NCBI GenBank assembly: GCA_965214835.1
Contig: CBDCCK010000002.1
Span: forward strand, 1,888,001 to 1,952,000
Length of the DNA: 64,000 bases
Direction of reading: 5' to 3'
Source of the DNA: Nitrosopumilaceae archaeon
GTDB lineage: Archaea > Thermoproteota > Nitrososphaeria > Nitrososphaerales > Nitrosopumilaceae
A program made the position numbers and the translations under genes. The notes below the pieces were generated by a model. The model worked only from the letters and a program-made list of their open reading frames with translations, did no database searches and was not told where the DNA came from. Of this stretch, positions 21,959-31,261 are shown piece by piece. Every line of letters begins with the position of its first letter. Position 1 is the first letter of the stretch.

Positions 21959-23211
21959 TGATCTGGACCCCGTATTTTCGAACCACTTTTTGGGCGTTTT
22001 TGCGTAGCTCTGGCATCATCATTTGCCTGCCTCCCTTTGGTGCCGTACGACGAACTCCATCGGAGTGAGATATCCAAGTGAGGAGTGTATTCTGTCATGG
22101 TTATAGTCCCTAAATGCCTCCCTTATGACGTCTGAGGCGTCCTGGAAGGAGTCAAATTCATGGGGCCACAGGTATTCCCTCTTGATGCTTCCGTGAAACG
22201 ACTCTATGTGGCCGTTTTGTTCTGGCGTCCTGTATGCTATGAGCTCGTGTCTTATTCCCAGCTGTTTCAGGGACTCCCTGAACATGCGCGACGTATACTG
22301 AGAACCGTTGTCTGTCCGCAGGGTCAGCATGCTGCAGTCCGGATCTGCTGCCGATACCGCATCGAGTACGGCCTGAACCGCATTCTCCTTTTGCGCCGTG
22401 GTATCAAAGGAGTATGCAAGCCACCTGCGCGAAAAGGCATCAAGTACGTTGAAACAGTAGCACCAGCCGTCCCCGCCGCAGTCCACGTATGTGATGTCTG
22501 CCTGCCACAGCCGGTTGGGGGCATCTGGCCTTGTAAGCTTGCGCGAGGCCCGTATTATGTCGTTTTTGGTCTTTTTGGGCTCGATCCAGCCTATCTGGCG
22601 GTAGATTCGCTGTATCTTTTTGCGGTTTACGCGCACGCCAGTCTCGCGCAATATCTGGTTTGCCATCCTCCGGGTTCCGTACGTCGGCCTTTTCTTGCCT
22701 ATGGTACGTATGATTGAGACCGTCCCGGGGTCGGCTTTTCTGGCTCGTCTGTCGGCGTCCTTCCTGGCGTAATACCAGGTGCCCTTTGAGACGCCGCAGT
22801 ATTCCAGGGCTGTATTGAGGCTCATCTTCTGGTGGCAGATCTGTACGGCATTCATCCTTTGCTCAGCTCCATTGTTTTTTTTAAAGCGTCACAGGCCACT
22901 GCATACTCGCCTATGATGCGTTTGAGATTCTGGTTCTCCTTTTGCAGGGCAGCCGCTGCCTTGTCATTCCGGCCCAGGATGGATGCCTTGCCGCCCTCGA
23001 CGAACCTGTCCATCCACCTGCCAAACGTGGTGGGCGCGATGTTGTGCTTGCGGCACAGCTCGGCAGTGCTGATGCTGGTCTTGATGGACTCCATCACTAT
23101 GTCTGTTTTTTCGGCCAATGTGAACTTTTGTTTTTTCATGCCCCGTATGCCCTCCTGTCACATACAAATTCTACGCATTTGGGTGGTTCGAATTTTATGG
23201 GGTCCTCACCA
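21959..23211 (-). mobile_element. IS3-family element (orfA 22852..23139, orfB 22019..22855)
   Basis: TG..CA inverted ends; TSD ATAG; WQADIT, RTDNGSQY, PEQNGHIESF; same as 41341..42593. Confidence 0.95.
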
Positions 23212-25497
23212 ATAGCAACATTGTCCTGATTCGGAACATCACGCTGGCAAGGGTCCACGGTAGGATTAGGTACGATTTCATATGGGAGATCTCCGCCATG
23301 GCCATTCTGACATGAACAAGACGAAAATCCTCACGGATGCCATGCGTGTGGAAAAGGATACCAGGATTCACACCAGAATTCTGGCGGTGCGCTCCGTACT
23401 GCTTGGCAACACCACTGCACAGACCGCAGAGATTGCCGACGTGACACAGCGTACCATACAGATGTGGGTCGAGAGGTTTGAGCTTGACGGCGTTGACGGT
23501 CTCCGTGACTCCCCCAACAGGGGCAAAAAGCCAAAGGTTCCAATCAACAGAATAAAAAAGATCGCCATGAGGCTGCGCAGGATGGAAAAGCTCACCCCAA
23601 AGAAGATGCGCAACTGGGTGCGCCGCAAACTGCATGTAACATACAGCGTTGGAAGCATCAGAAGAATCCTGCGCACGATGGGATTCTCGCTAAAGACGTC
23701 AACTACCAAGCTGGCAAATGCTGCCGACGCAAAGGAGGTAAGACGGTGGCAAAGGGAGGCAAAAGACACGATTAGGCTTGCAAAAAGGCGCGGATTCAGG
23801 ATAACCGTACAGGACGAGTCGATATTCGTCAGTACGGGAAGGGACGGCAAAAAGTTCTGGTCGCCAGTGGGGGACAGAATCGAGGTGCAACGATCCGGCA
23901 GAAGGGAGCGCGTCGTGGTATACGGAACGGTTGCAGACGACGGAACCAGGCTGATGCGTACATACGACAAGTTCAACAGCATAAACTTTGTGCGTTATCT
24001 CAAGCAGGCGCGCAAAAAGTGGGGAAAGGTTCTGATTGTGATGGACAACGCAGCACAGCATAGGACCGGAAGGGTCCGCATGTACCTGGAGAAAAATCCC
24101 GACGTTATCCTGCTGTACCTGCCAGTAGCCAGGCCGGAGCTGAGCGCCATAGAGCCAATCTGGAAGGATGCCAAGTACATACTGGTCACATCTGCCTTTT
24201 ACGATTCGGCAGATCACCTCAAAAGGGATGTCTCGGAATACTTTAGGACGTGTTCCATCAAGGTTGACATCTACAAATATCTTGAGCGCCGCGTGTAATC
24301 AGGCGAAATTTTCAATGATCGTCAGTATAGTCGTCAAGTACAACCCGGAATGGGAGAAGGATCTCAAGGATGCCAACCGTCACAAGGAGGGCGCCCCGTT
24401 CCTGTATGCAGAAGGCATGATAATGGCCGCAGCAGCCCTTAGGACTGCATTAATGATGAAGTACAGACAGCTGTCAGGCATGCTCGGGGAGATGCTAAAG
24501 GGCGCGGACTCGCCGTGTTACACCACGATATTCAGGAGAATACAAAAGCTTGACGTCGACATTGCAGAGCACGTAATCACGGTGCGCGACAAGACCCGTA
24601 ACCTGGTCATGATAGCCGATGCCACTGGCCTCAAGCAGCACAACCGAGGCGAGTGGATATGCAAAAAATGGAAGGTAAGGCGCAGATTTGTCAAGATGCA
24701 CCTGATGGTCGACGCAGACACCAAGCAGGTGCTGGCAGTATCTGTCACAAGTGATGCAGTCGGCGACAGCACGGAACTGCCTATACTGCTTGAGGAGGTG
24801 ACCAAGAACACCAAGGAAGAGGAGCAGCAGCAGGAACGCACCGACGACGCAGATGCAGTCAAGATTCCCAACATGCTTGCAGACGGGATCTCACCGATGA
24901 CCCTGCTTGACACCGGCGCGAATCCTGATACGCCGGGAAAGATCCTGCTTGCAGATGGCGCATACGGCTCAAGGAAGAACGTAGCCGAGTGCCACAAGCG
25001 CGGCATAAAACCACTCATACGGCTCTTGACAAGCTGTACTGCAAAGGGCAAGGGCACCGGCGACAAGTGGGGCATGCTTGTACGGTGGCAGCTTGGGGGC
25101 GGCCCCGAGGTGCCGGTGGGTGATCTCTCAAAGGAGGAAAGACAGGAGAACCTGCGGTACTGGAAGAGCACGGTCGGCTTCGGCAGCAGGTGGATAGTCG
25201 AGATCGTGATATCGTCCATAAAGCGCATGTTCGGCGAGGGCGTAATGGCCCTCAAGTGGTCCAATGTGGTGCAGGAGGTAAAGCTGAGGATATGGCTGTA
25301 CAACAAGTGGATCGCAGAGGCGGTGGCTGCCATGTAGGAACCTGGTGCCTGTAGTGATCCGGACGGAACGACTTGGCTCTAGTCGGAGTTATGCAACAAA
25401 CTAGATGTTGTACCATATTCCGGCCAGTATTGTGCAGGTAGCGGGATTAGCACCTAGGTGTGTCAATTACGCATAAAGTCTAATATAATTATCGTCC

Positions 25498-26541
25498 TTG
25501 ATACCGTATGTGGAAATAATCCGAAGTCGTGCCCCGCTGCGTATTAGCTTTGCAGGAGGCGGAACAGACGTGTCCCCGTATCCTGAATTAAAGGGAGGCG
25601 CAGTAATCAGTACCACCATAGACAGATACGCCTACGTATCATTACAGGCAAATCAAGAAAACCGAGTGCAGGTCAAATCCCACGACTATAATCTTTTGGA
25701 AACATTTGAGAACATCTCTGATATGACATACGACGGAAGATTAGACTTGGCCAAAGCCGCAATAAAGATATTGAATCTGGAAAAAACATATTTTGACGCA
25801 CTGATACATGTCGATTCCCCGCCAGGATCCGGCCTAGGATCATCTTCTGCTGTGGCCGTAAGCCTGATCGGTTCGCTATCTTATCTCCTGAGGAAAGATC
25901 TCTCTACTTACGAGATAGCAGAAAAGGCCTATGACGTGGAAAGAGTCGAATTGGGAATCAAGGGCGGCAAACAGGATCAATACGCATCATCTTTTGGCGG
26001 GTTCAACCTTCTGGAGTTTAAAAAATCATCCGTTGACGTTACCCCGCTTCGAATAAGACACGAAATTTTAAACGAATTACTGGCCTCTATTGTGATCTGT
26101 GACACGCAGGTTACTCGACTGTCTGCTAACATCCTTGAAAGACAGTCAAAGAGCTACTCAAAGGGAAGCAATACCATTGATTCTAACCTAGATTTCATAA
26201 AAAAATCTGCCTATGACATGAAAGCCTCTCTAATCAAAGGCGACATGACAAGTATGGGCGAACTGCTACACGAGGGCTGGATGTATAAAAAGAGACTTGA
26301 CAGCGAGATTAGCAATTCGTCAATTGATAAAATTTATGACACTGCCTTGGAAAATGGCGCATCCGGAGGAAAACTGCTGGGGGCCGGCGGAGGCGGGCAT
26401 TTTCTGTTCATTTGTGATCCGGACAAACGCAATGAAGTCTCGCGTGTTGTAGAAAAGCTAGGCTGCAAACAAATCAAGATAAATTTTGATACTGAGGGAC
26501 TGCAGGTGTGGAAAAAAAACAACGATCACATCACATATTGA
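25498..26541 (+). CDS. hddA: D-glycero-alpha-D-manno-heptose-7-phosphate kinase (GHMP family)
   Basis: RAPLRISFAGGGTDV, PPGSGLGSSS, GGKQDQYA, GKLLGAGGGG; next to gmhA. Confidence 0.9.
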   Translation: MIPYVEIIRSRAPLRISFAGGGTDVSPYPELKGGAVISTTIDRYAYVSLQANQENRVQVKSHDYNLLETFENISDMTYDGRLDLAKAAIKILNLEKTYFDALIHVDSPPGSGLGSSSAVAVSLIGSLSYLLRKDLSTYEIAEKAYDVERVELGIKGGKQDQYASSFGGFNLLEFKKSSVDVTPLRIRHEILNELLASIVICDTQVTRLSANILERQSKSYSKGSNTIDSNLDFIKKSAYDMKASLIKGDMTSMGELLHEGWMYKKRLDSEISNSSIDKIYDTALENGASGGKLLGAGGGGHFLFICDPDKRNEVSRVVEKLGCKQIKINFDTEGLQVWKKNNDHITY

Positions 26542-26588
26542 CGACAACATCAAACAGTTTAATACCGTACGCTGATGATGCCTAAAGC

Positions 26589-27197
26589 ATGAAATACACT
26601 CATTTTATAGAACGCGAACTACAAAGCAGCATAGACATAAAAAAATCACTTTTGGCAGACATCCAGACAATTCAAAAAATCGGAAAAATTATGATCAAAT
26701 CCATCAACTCAAACCACGGCATATTCTTTCTTGGAAATGGCGGCAGTGCTGCCGATGCGCAACACATGGCAGCCGAATTGGTGGGGCTGTTTGGCCACAA
26801 CGTAAAGCGAGCTGCACTTCCTGCAGTTGCCCTGACTACTAACTCGTCCATTCTTACTGCAGTATCCAACGACATTTCCTTTGATATGGTATTCTCAAGA
26901 CAGGTTGAAGCTTTTGTTAAAAAGGGCGATGTGGTGGTGGGGATAAGTACCTCTGGACGCTCAAAAAACATTATTGAGGCAATAAGGCTTGCCAAGAAAA
27001 AGGGCGCCATCACAATTGCTCTTACCGGAAAAAACAAGAGTCCCCTCTCAAAAATTGCCGATGTTTCCATGCATGCTCCCTCAAACAATACCCAAAGAAT
27101 TCAGGAATGCCACATTACACTGGGCCACATCTTCTGTGGAATGATTGAGAATTCCCTCAAGCCTGATTTCATTCTGACTGCAGGAAAGAAGGCTTAA
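26589..27197 (+). CDS. gmhA: Sedoheptulose-7-phosphate isomerase
   Basis: GNGGSAADAQHMAAEL, ISTSGRS, RIQECHI. Confidence 0.95.
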   Translation: MKYTHFIERELQSSIDIKKSLLADIQTIQKIGKIMIKSINSNHGIFFLGNGGSAADAQHMAAELVGLFGHNVKRAALPAVALTTNSSILTAVSNDISFDMVFSRQVEAFVKKGDVVVGISTSGRSKNIIEAIRLAKKKGAITIALTGKNKSPLSKIADVSMHAPSNNTQRIQECHITLGHIFCGMIENSLKPDFILTAGKKA

Positions 27198-27221
27198 TAT
27201 TGAATCGTACTTTGCCCAATA

Positions 27222-28184
27222 ATGTTGAGGGTATTTGTTACTGGAATTACCGGCTTTGTGGGAAGCCACCTGGCAGAATACATCCTGGACAAGCACCCCG
27301 AATACGAGGTTCACGGTGGTTCCAGATGGAGAAGTGATCTGCAAAACGTCAGACACCTAGATGGAAAGATCTCCATGCATGACTTTGAGCTGCGTGACGG
27401 AAAATCCGTAGAGAACGTAATTAAAAACGTTCGGCCGGAAAAAATATTCCACCTTGCGGCCCAATCCTATGTGATGTCAAGCTACGAGCATCCGCGCGAT
27501 ACCATCGAAACAAACGTTATTGGAACGCTGAACCTTTTTGAGGCCATTAGAAAGTCAGACATCGATCCGGTCGTGCATGTCTGCAGTTCTTCAGAGGTGT
27601 ACGGCAGGGTTAACCCTGATGAGATACCCATCAAGGAAACCAACGAATTAAGGCCTGCCAGTCCGTATGCCCTGAGCAAAGTGGGCGAAGATCGGCTTGG
27701 ATTTCAGTATTTTAATTCCTACGGGATCAAAAACATCATGACTAGGGCATTTACCCACACCGGCCCGCGCAGAGGCAGCGTATTTGCAGAATCCAGTTTT
27801 GCCAAGCAAATAGCCGAAGCTGAAAACGGAAAACGCGAGCCTGTTGTCAGTACAGGCAATCTGGACTCTGTTCGAACTTTTCTTGATGTAAGGGACATTG
27901 TTCACGCATACTGGCTGCTGACTGAAAAATGCGTTCCCGGCGAGGCATACAATGTAGGCGGAAAAACCACAATGAAGGTCGGAGAGATGCTTGACCTGAT
28001 GATTGGCATGAGCGACAAAGAAATCACGACAAGGCAGGATCCAAGGCGCATGAGGCCCTCAGACGTCACATTACAAATTCCTGATACCTCCAAGTTTGCA
28101 GAAAAAACCGGCTGGAAACCCACAATTCCGGTTGAAAAGACGTTCAGGGATCTTTTGGATTACTGGCGTGATCTAACAAAATAA
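27222..28184 (+). CDS. GDP-sugar 4,6-dehydratase, DmhA-like (GDP-manno-heptose)
   Basis: GITGFVGSHL, HLAAQS, VHVCSSSEVYG, YALSK, THTGPRR, GNLDSVRTF; lies within the heptose genes. Confidence 0.8.
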   Translation: MLRVFVTGITGFVGSHLAEYILDKHPEYEVHGGSRWRSDLQNVRHLDGKISMHDFELRDGKSVENVIKNVRPEKIFHLAAQSYVMSSYEHPRDTIETNVIGTLNLFEAIRKSDIDPVVHVCSSSEVYGRVNPDEIPIKETNELRPASPYALSKVGEDRLGFQYFNSYGIKNIMTRAFTHTGPRRGSVFAESSFAKQIAEAENGKREPVVSTGNLDSVRTFLDVRDIVHAYWLLTEKCVPGEAYNVGGKTTMKVGEMLDLMIGMSDKEITTRQDPRRMRPSDVTLQIPDTSKFAEKTGWKPTIPVEKTFRDLLDYWRDLTK

Positions 28185-28416
28185 AAGGCCTAAAAATTAT
28201 GGGACATGACGACAGAGAGTTGATTTGAACTTTACAGACAGACAATTCACCATTTGCAGGCATCATTTTGATCGATTTGATGCAAATCTGCTTATGTGTG
28301 ATCCGAGTCTGCTGATTTCGAGCCAACCCTCCGGCAAACGTGATTTTCATATAAAACGTGTCACGTGACCGGGGTTGTAATGACAAATTTTTATTGAATA
28401 CAAACTACAAGACGAC

Positions 28417-28902
28417 ATGAAGCGCGGATTGTTCCTGGATCGTGACGGCGTACTAAATTTCAAGGCTGAATCCTATGTGACTACAGCAGATGAACTGGTG
28501 CTGCTTCCAGACGTCGGAAAACATCTGAGGAAGTTTCAGGAATGCGGTTTTCAGCTGTTTGTGGTTACTAACCAGTCTGCAATAAACCGTGGACTGCTAA
28601 GTCATGAAACCCTGAATAAAATCCACCAGAAGCTGTTACATCAATTATCCGCAGATGGCGTTACCGTAAAAAAAATCTATTACTGCCCGCACAAACCAGA
28701 AGAGAGGTGTGCATGCCGCAAACCAAAAAACGCATTGTTTGAAAAAGCCCTAAGGGACAACCGTCTTGATCCCTCACAATCCTGGATGATAGGAGATTCA
28801 AACTCCGATGTTGAGGCTGCAATCGCTTCCGGCATAAACCCATTTAAAATAAGAACCAATTCCTCCTTGCTGGCCTGCATTGAGAAGATCTTAGACGGCT
28901 GA
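28417..28902 (+). CDS. gmhB: D,D-heptose-1,7-bisphosphate phosphatase (HAD)
   Basis: FLDRDGVLN, VTNQS, YYCPH, CACRKPK, MIGD. Confidence 0.93.
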   Translation: MKRGLFLDRDGVLNFKAESYVTTADELVLLPDVGKHLRKFQECGFQLFVVTNQSAINRGLLSHETLNKIHQKLLHQLSADGVTVKKIYYCPHKPEERCACRKPKNALFEKALRDNRLDPSQSWMIGDSNSDVEAAIASGINPFKIRTNSSLLACIEKILDG

Positions 28903-29099
28903 AACCCATCTGTTTTTTAGAACTTTACGAAATAGATGCCTGTTATTTTTTCCTTGATCAAAGAATCGGGAGACTGCAGATGCGTCTGTGATCGTATGAG
29001 TTTACCCCGTCTCGAGGAATACGGCGCGGTAGGCACGATCATAAAGATCCCGGCCAGTCCTGTCGCCTGAGGGGTAAACTCGTACAGACGTATCTACTA

Positions 29100-29670
29100 G
29101 ACATTCCATCATTTTATACTTTCTTTGCATGAGTTCATTGTTCTGCGTGTGGTATTCTGTTTCATAGGTCAACATGTGCCAGATCACCTTTGCAGGCGTT
29201 CTGGCCACGACTACCTTGGTCTTGACATGATGCGCCAGATGCACGTCTATTTGCACATCCTTAAGCATGTCATGCAGCAGAATCCAGTTCCCCGTAGCCT
29301 CGCAGACTGCACAAATCTTGCGTTCTGCATATCCCTAGCTGATCTGTCCTGCAAATTTTTTATCCCGTAGGTTGTGTTGGAAAACTCCGCCTGGTCCAGA
29401 ATCCCTGCAGTCTGGTCCTTGATGACTGCTACGTACGTCCTTTTATGGGCGTCTATTCCTACGTTGATCATGTTATCACCTCCTTTCTGATCAAAATGCC
29501 TGATCCGGGCGGAATCTCCCATTCACCGTCTTCTGCGCGGTACATTGCTTTCCGCCTGCTGTTACGAGTCAGTCTATAAAACACCCTTGTACATGGTAAG
29601 TTCCGATCGACTCTCAGGCCCAACAGTAATGGCATATCACAGGATACAGATAAGATTTCATATAGCGTCT
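29100..29670 (-). mobile_element. Degenerate IS110 with a variant-1 non-coding leader (29472..29670)
   Basis: MINVGIDAHKRT start at 29471; frameshifted and internally deleted; leader near-identical to 21552..21747. Confidence 0.8.
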
Positions 29671-29673
29671 ACT

Positions 29674-29800
29674 GAGAATAGGAACACTTTTTTTTCGCAC
29701 ACTTTTTGAGTCAGGAGGCCGAGTCACAAATATGACCAAGAAAGCATGGAGTACGCAGGACAAGATAGAGATAGTCATGGAGCACATCAACACCAATAAG
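29674..29800 (+). pseudogene. IS3 orfA 5' fragment
   Basis: MTKKAWSTQDKIEIVMEHINTN matches orfA at 35464 and 50679. Confidence 0.8.
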
Positions 29801-29914
29801 GACGCGCACACGAGTCACCTCATGGATCCCGGCGGGGCAGACGGGCAGCAAAAGGCAAGGCCGGCAAGGCGCCTGTCTGGATTCGGGGCAGCTGCCAGGT
29901 ACTGCGGCTCTAAG

Positions 29915-30907
29915 ATGTCCAAGTTCGGTGGGGCCCTATACGCATCTTGCACGGCAAAGGACAGGATCAGGGTCGCCTTTATCTACAAGCCGTCTTGGAG
30001 ATACTATGACCGAAACAACTCCATCAACAACAGGTACTATTTCTTTTTTCAGGCGCTACGGAGAAACAGGAACCTCCAGATGGGCTATTTTCCCGCAGAG
30101 CATACGTTTGATACGGCAAAGCTCAGGGGAAAGTACGATGTCATACTGTGTACGAACAGCGAGATCAGCACGCCGCAGCTAAACGGCGCCCGGGATCTGG
30201 GCATCCCGGTGATTGCCCACACGCACGACCCACACCACATCAAAACGTTTGATCTAGTCGGCTTTCATGAAAAGTACGGGGTGGACTATTACTTTAACTT
30301 CATACCTGCCAGTTATTTTTACAAGTACCTTCCAAGGGACTTTGGGTACAGGATGATAACTTATGGTGTCGAGCCAGATCTGCCACATCTGCCCGCATTC
30401 GCAGACCGGATAAGGGATCGCATTCTGCTTACGGGGACGCTCTGGAAGGGGAACGCAAACGACCCTGTCCAAAACCCCTATACGCTGAGGAGGACGTGCA
30501 GGGATCTGCCGTACGTCGACTATGCCGGGGTCGTGCCAGGCACCATCCAGTACGTGCACGCAGGACATCCGGACTTTATAACACACCTGTCACGGTACAG
30601 GGCAACCATAACCGCAACGAGGTACTTTCCTACCATCAAGTACTACGAGTCCACGGCTGCCGGATGCCTGACGTTCATGGAGTTCTCAGAGGAAAGCCAC
30701 GGCGGGTACCTAGGATTCCGGGACGGGGAGAGCGCAGTGTTTATCGACTCTAAAAACTACAAAAAAAGGTTCGAGGAATACTTGGCCTCTCCAGATGATC
30801 CAAAGTGGGCGCAAATAGCGGCGCGCGGAAAAAGACACACCATGGAGAACCTCACAAACGACAAGGCGGCCGAGTCCCTTGTGGACCTGATGCGGGAGCT
30901 GATCTGA
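29915..30907 (+). CDS. GT-B glycosyltransferase (Glyco_trans_1_2/CgeB-like C-terminus); start uncertain
   Basis: KYYESTAAGCL, LGFRDGESAVF, QIAARGKRHT; the ORF-track N-terminus is IS3-derived. Confidence 0.75.
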   Translation: MSKFGGALYASCTAKDRIRVAFIYKPSWRYYDRNNSINNRYYFFFQALRRNRNLQMGYFPAEHTFDTAKLRGKYDVILCTNSEISTPQLNGARDLGIPVIAHTHDPHHIKTFDLVGFHEKYGVDYYFNFIPASYFYKYLPRDFGYRMITYGVEPDLPHLPAFADRIRDRILLTGTLWKGNANDPVQNPYTLRRTCRDLPYVDYAGVVPGTIQYVHAGHPDFITHLSRYRATITATRYFPTIKYYESTAAGCLTFMEFSEESHGGYLGFRDGESAVFIDSKNYKKRFEEYLASPDDPKWAQIAARGKRHTMENLTNDKAAESLVDLMRELI

Positions 30908-30936
30908 GTCTTTGCATGTTTTTTGCCTCTTCCCAG

Positions 30937-31212
30937 AGAAGCGATTCGAAATTAGAGACCGTACGAATTTTTCAAATAATTTCACAGATAATCTGTATTT
31001 TGTTGATGTTTTGGGGGTTGTCGCCTAATTCCACTTGTTTGACTCAATCTGCACGTTTTTCTGAATTTCTGCCCCTTTGCATGCCTGATCCATGTGGCAT
31101 CTCAGCGGTTCTCAGGAATTCTGGCGAATTAGGCGACAACCCCGATGTTTTGAGCTGATTTACGCAAATTCGTCCACAAATAATCAGAATCTGCCAATTT
31201 CGAACCAACTCT
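30937..31212. mobile_element. MITE A with a nested MITE B (31014..31143)
   Basis: Outer TSD CAG; inner TIR GGGGTTGTCGCCTAATTC with 9-bp TSD GATGTTTTG. Confidence 0.92.
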
Positions 31213-31261
31213 CAGGGGCGAGATAAGGATGGCAGAAATGAGCGGCTGGTTGATGTAGATG

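Larger units (their letters stand above)
21552..23289 (+). mobile_element. Internally deleted IS110 (~480 bp once the nested IS3 is removed)
   Basis: MIN fused directly to C-terminal ..KAKIVVARHMLEIIWHML; AGA at both junctions; removal restores the IS630 leader. Confidence 0.75.
21498..24329 (+). mobile_element. IS630-family element; transposase 23312..24298
   Basis: Perfect 38-bp inverted ends TATACTGACGATCATTGAAAATTTCGCCTGATTACACG including the TA duplication; QDES, MDNA, PELSAIEPIW. Confidence 0.93.
21336..25404 (+). mobile_element. IS5-family element (IS903-like transposase, body 24330..25337) interrupted by IS630
   Basis: Inverted ends CTAGTTTGTTGCATAAC / GTTATGCAACAAACTAG; rejoined frame DNAKYVKRGAGLVVKYNPEW; DATG, DS, ADGAY, RWIVE motifs. 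Confidence 0.88.

Noticed and set aside
25466-25490. TTACGCATAAAGTCTAATATA before hddA (similar before wzm) as a regulator site
   Set aside because: Matches the TIR of the ISL2-like element at 19479-19493, so it is likely an orphan IS end
29732-29914. Transposase-glycosyltransferase fusion (similarly the N-termini of ORFs 50582, 24168 and 40933)
   Set aside because: Chance in-frame joins of IS fragments to interrupted genes
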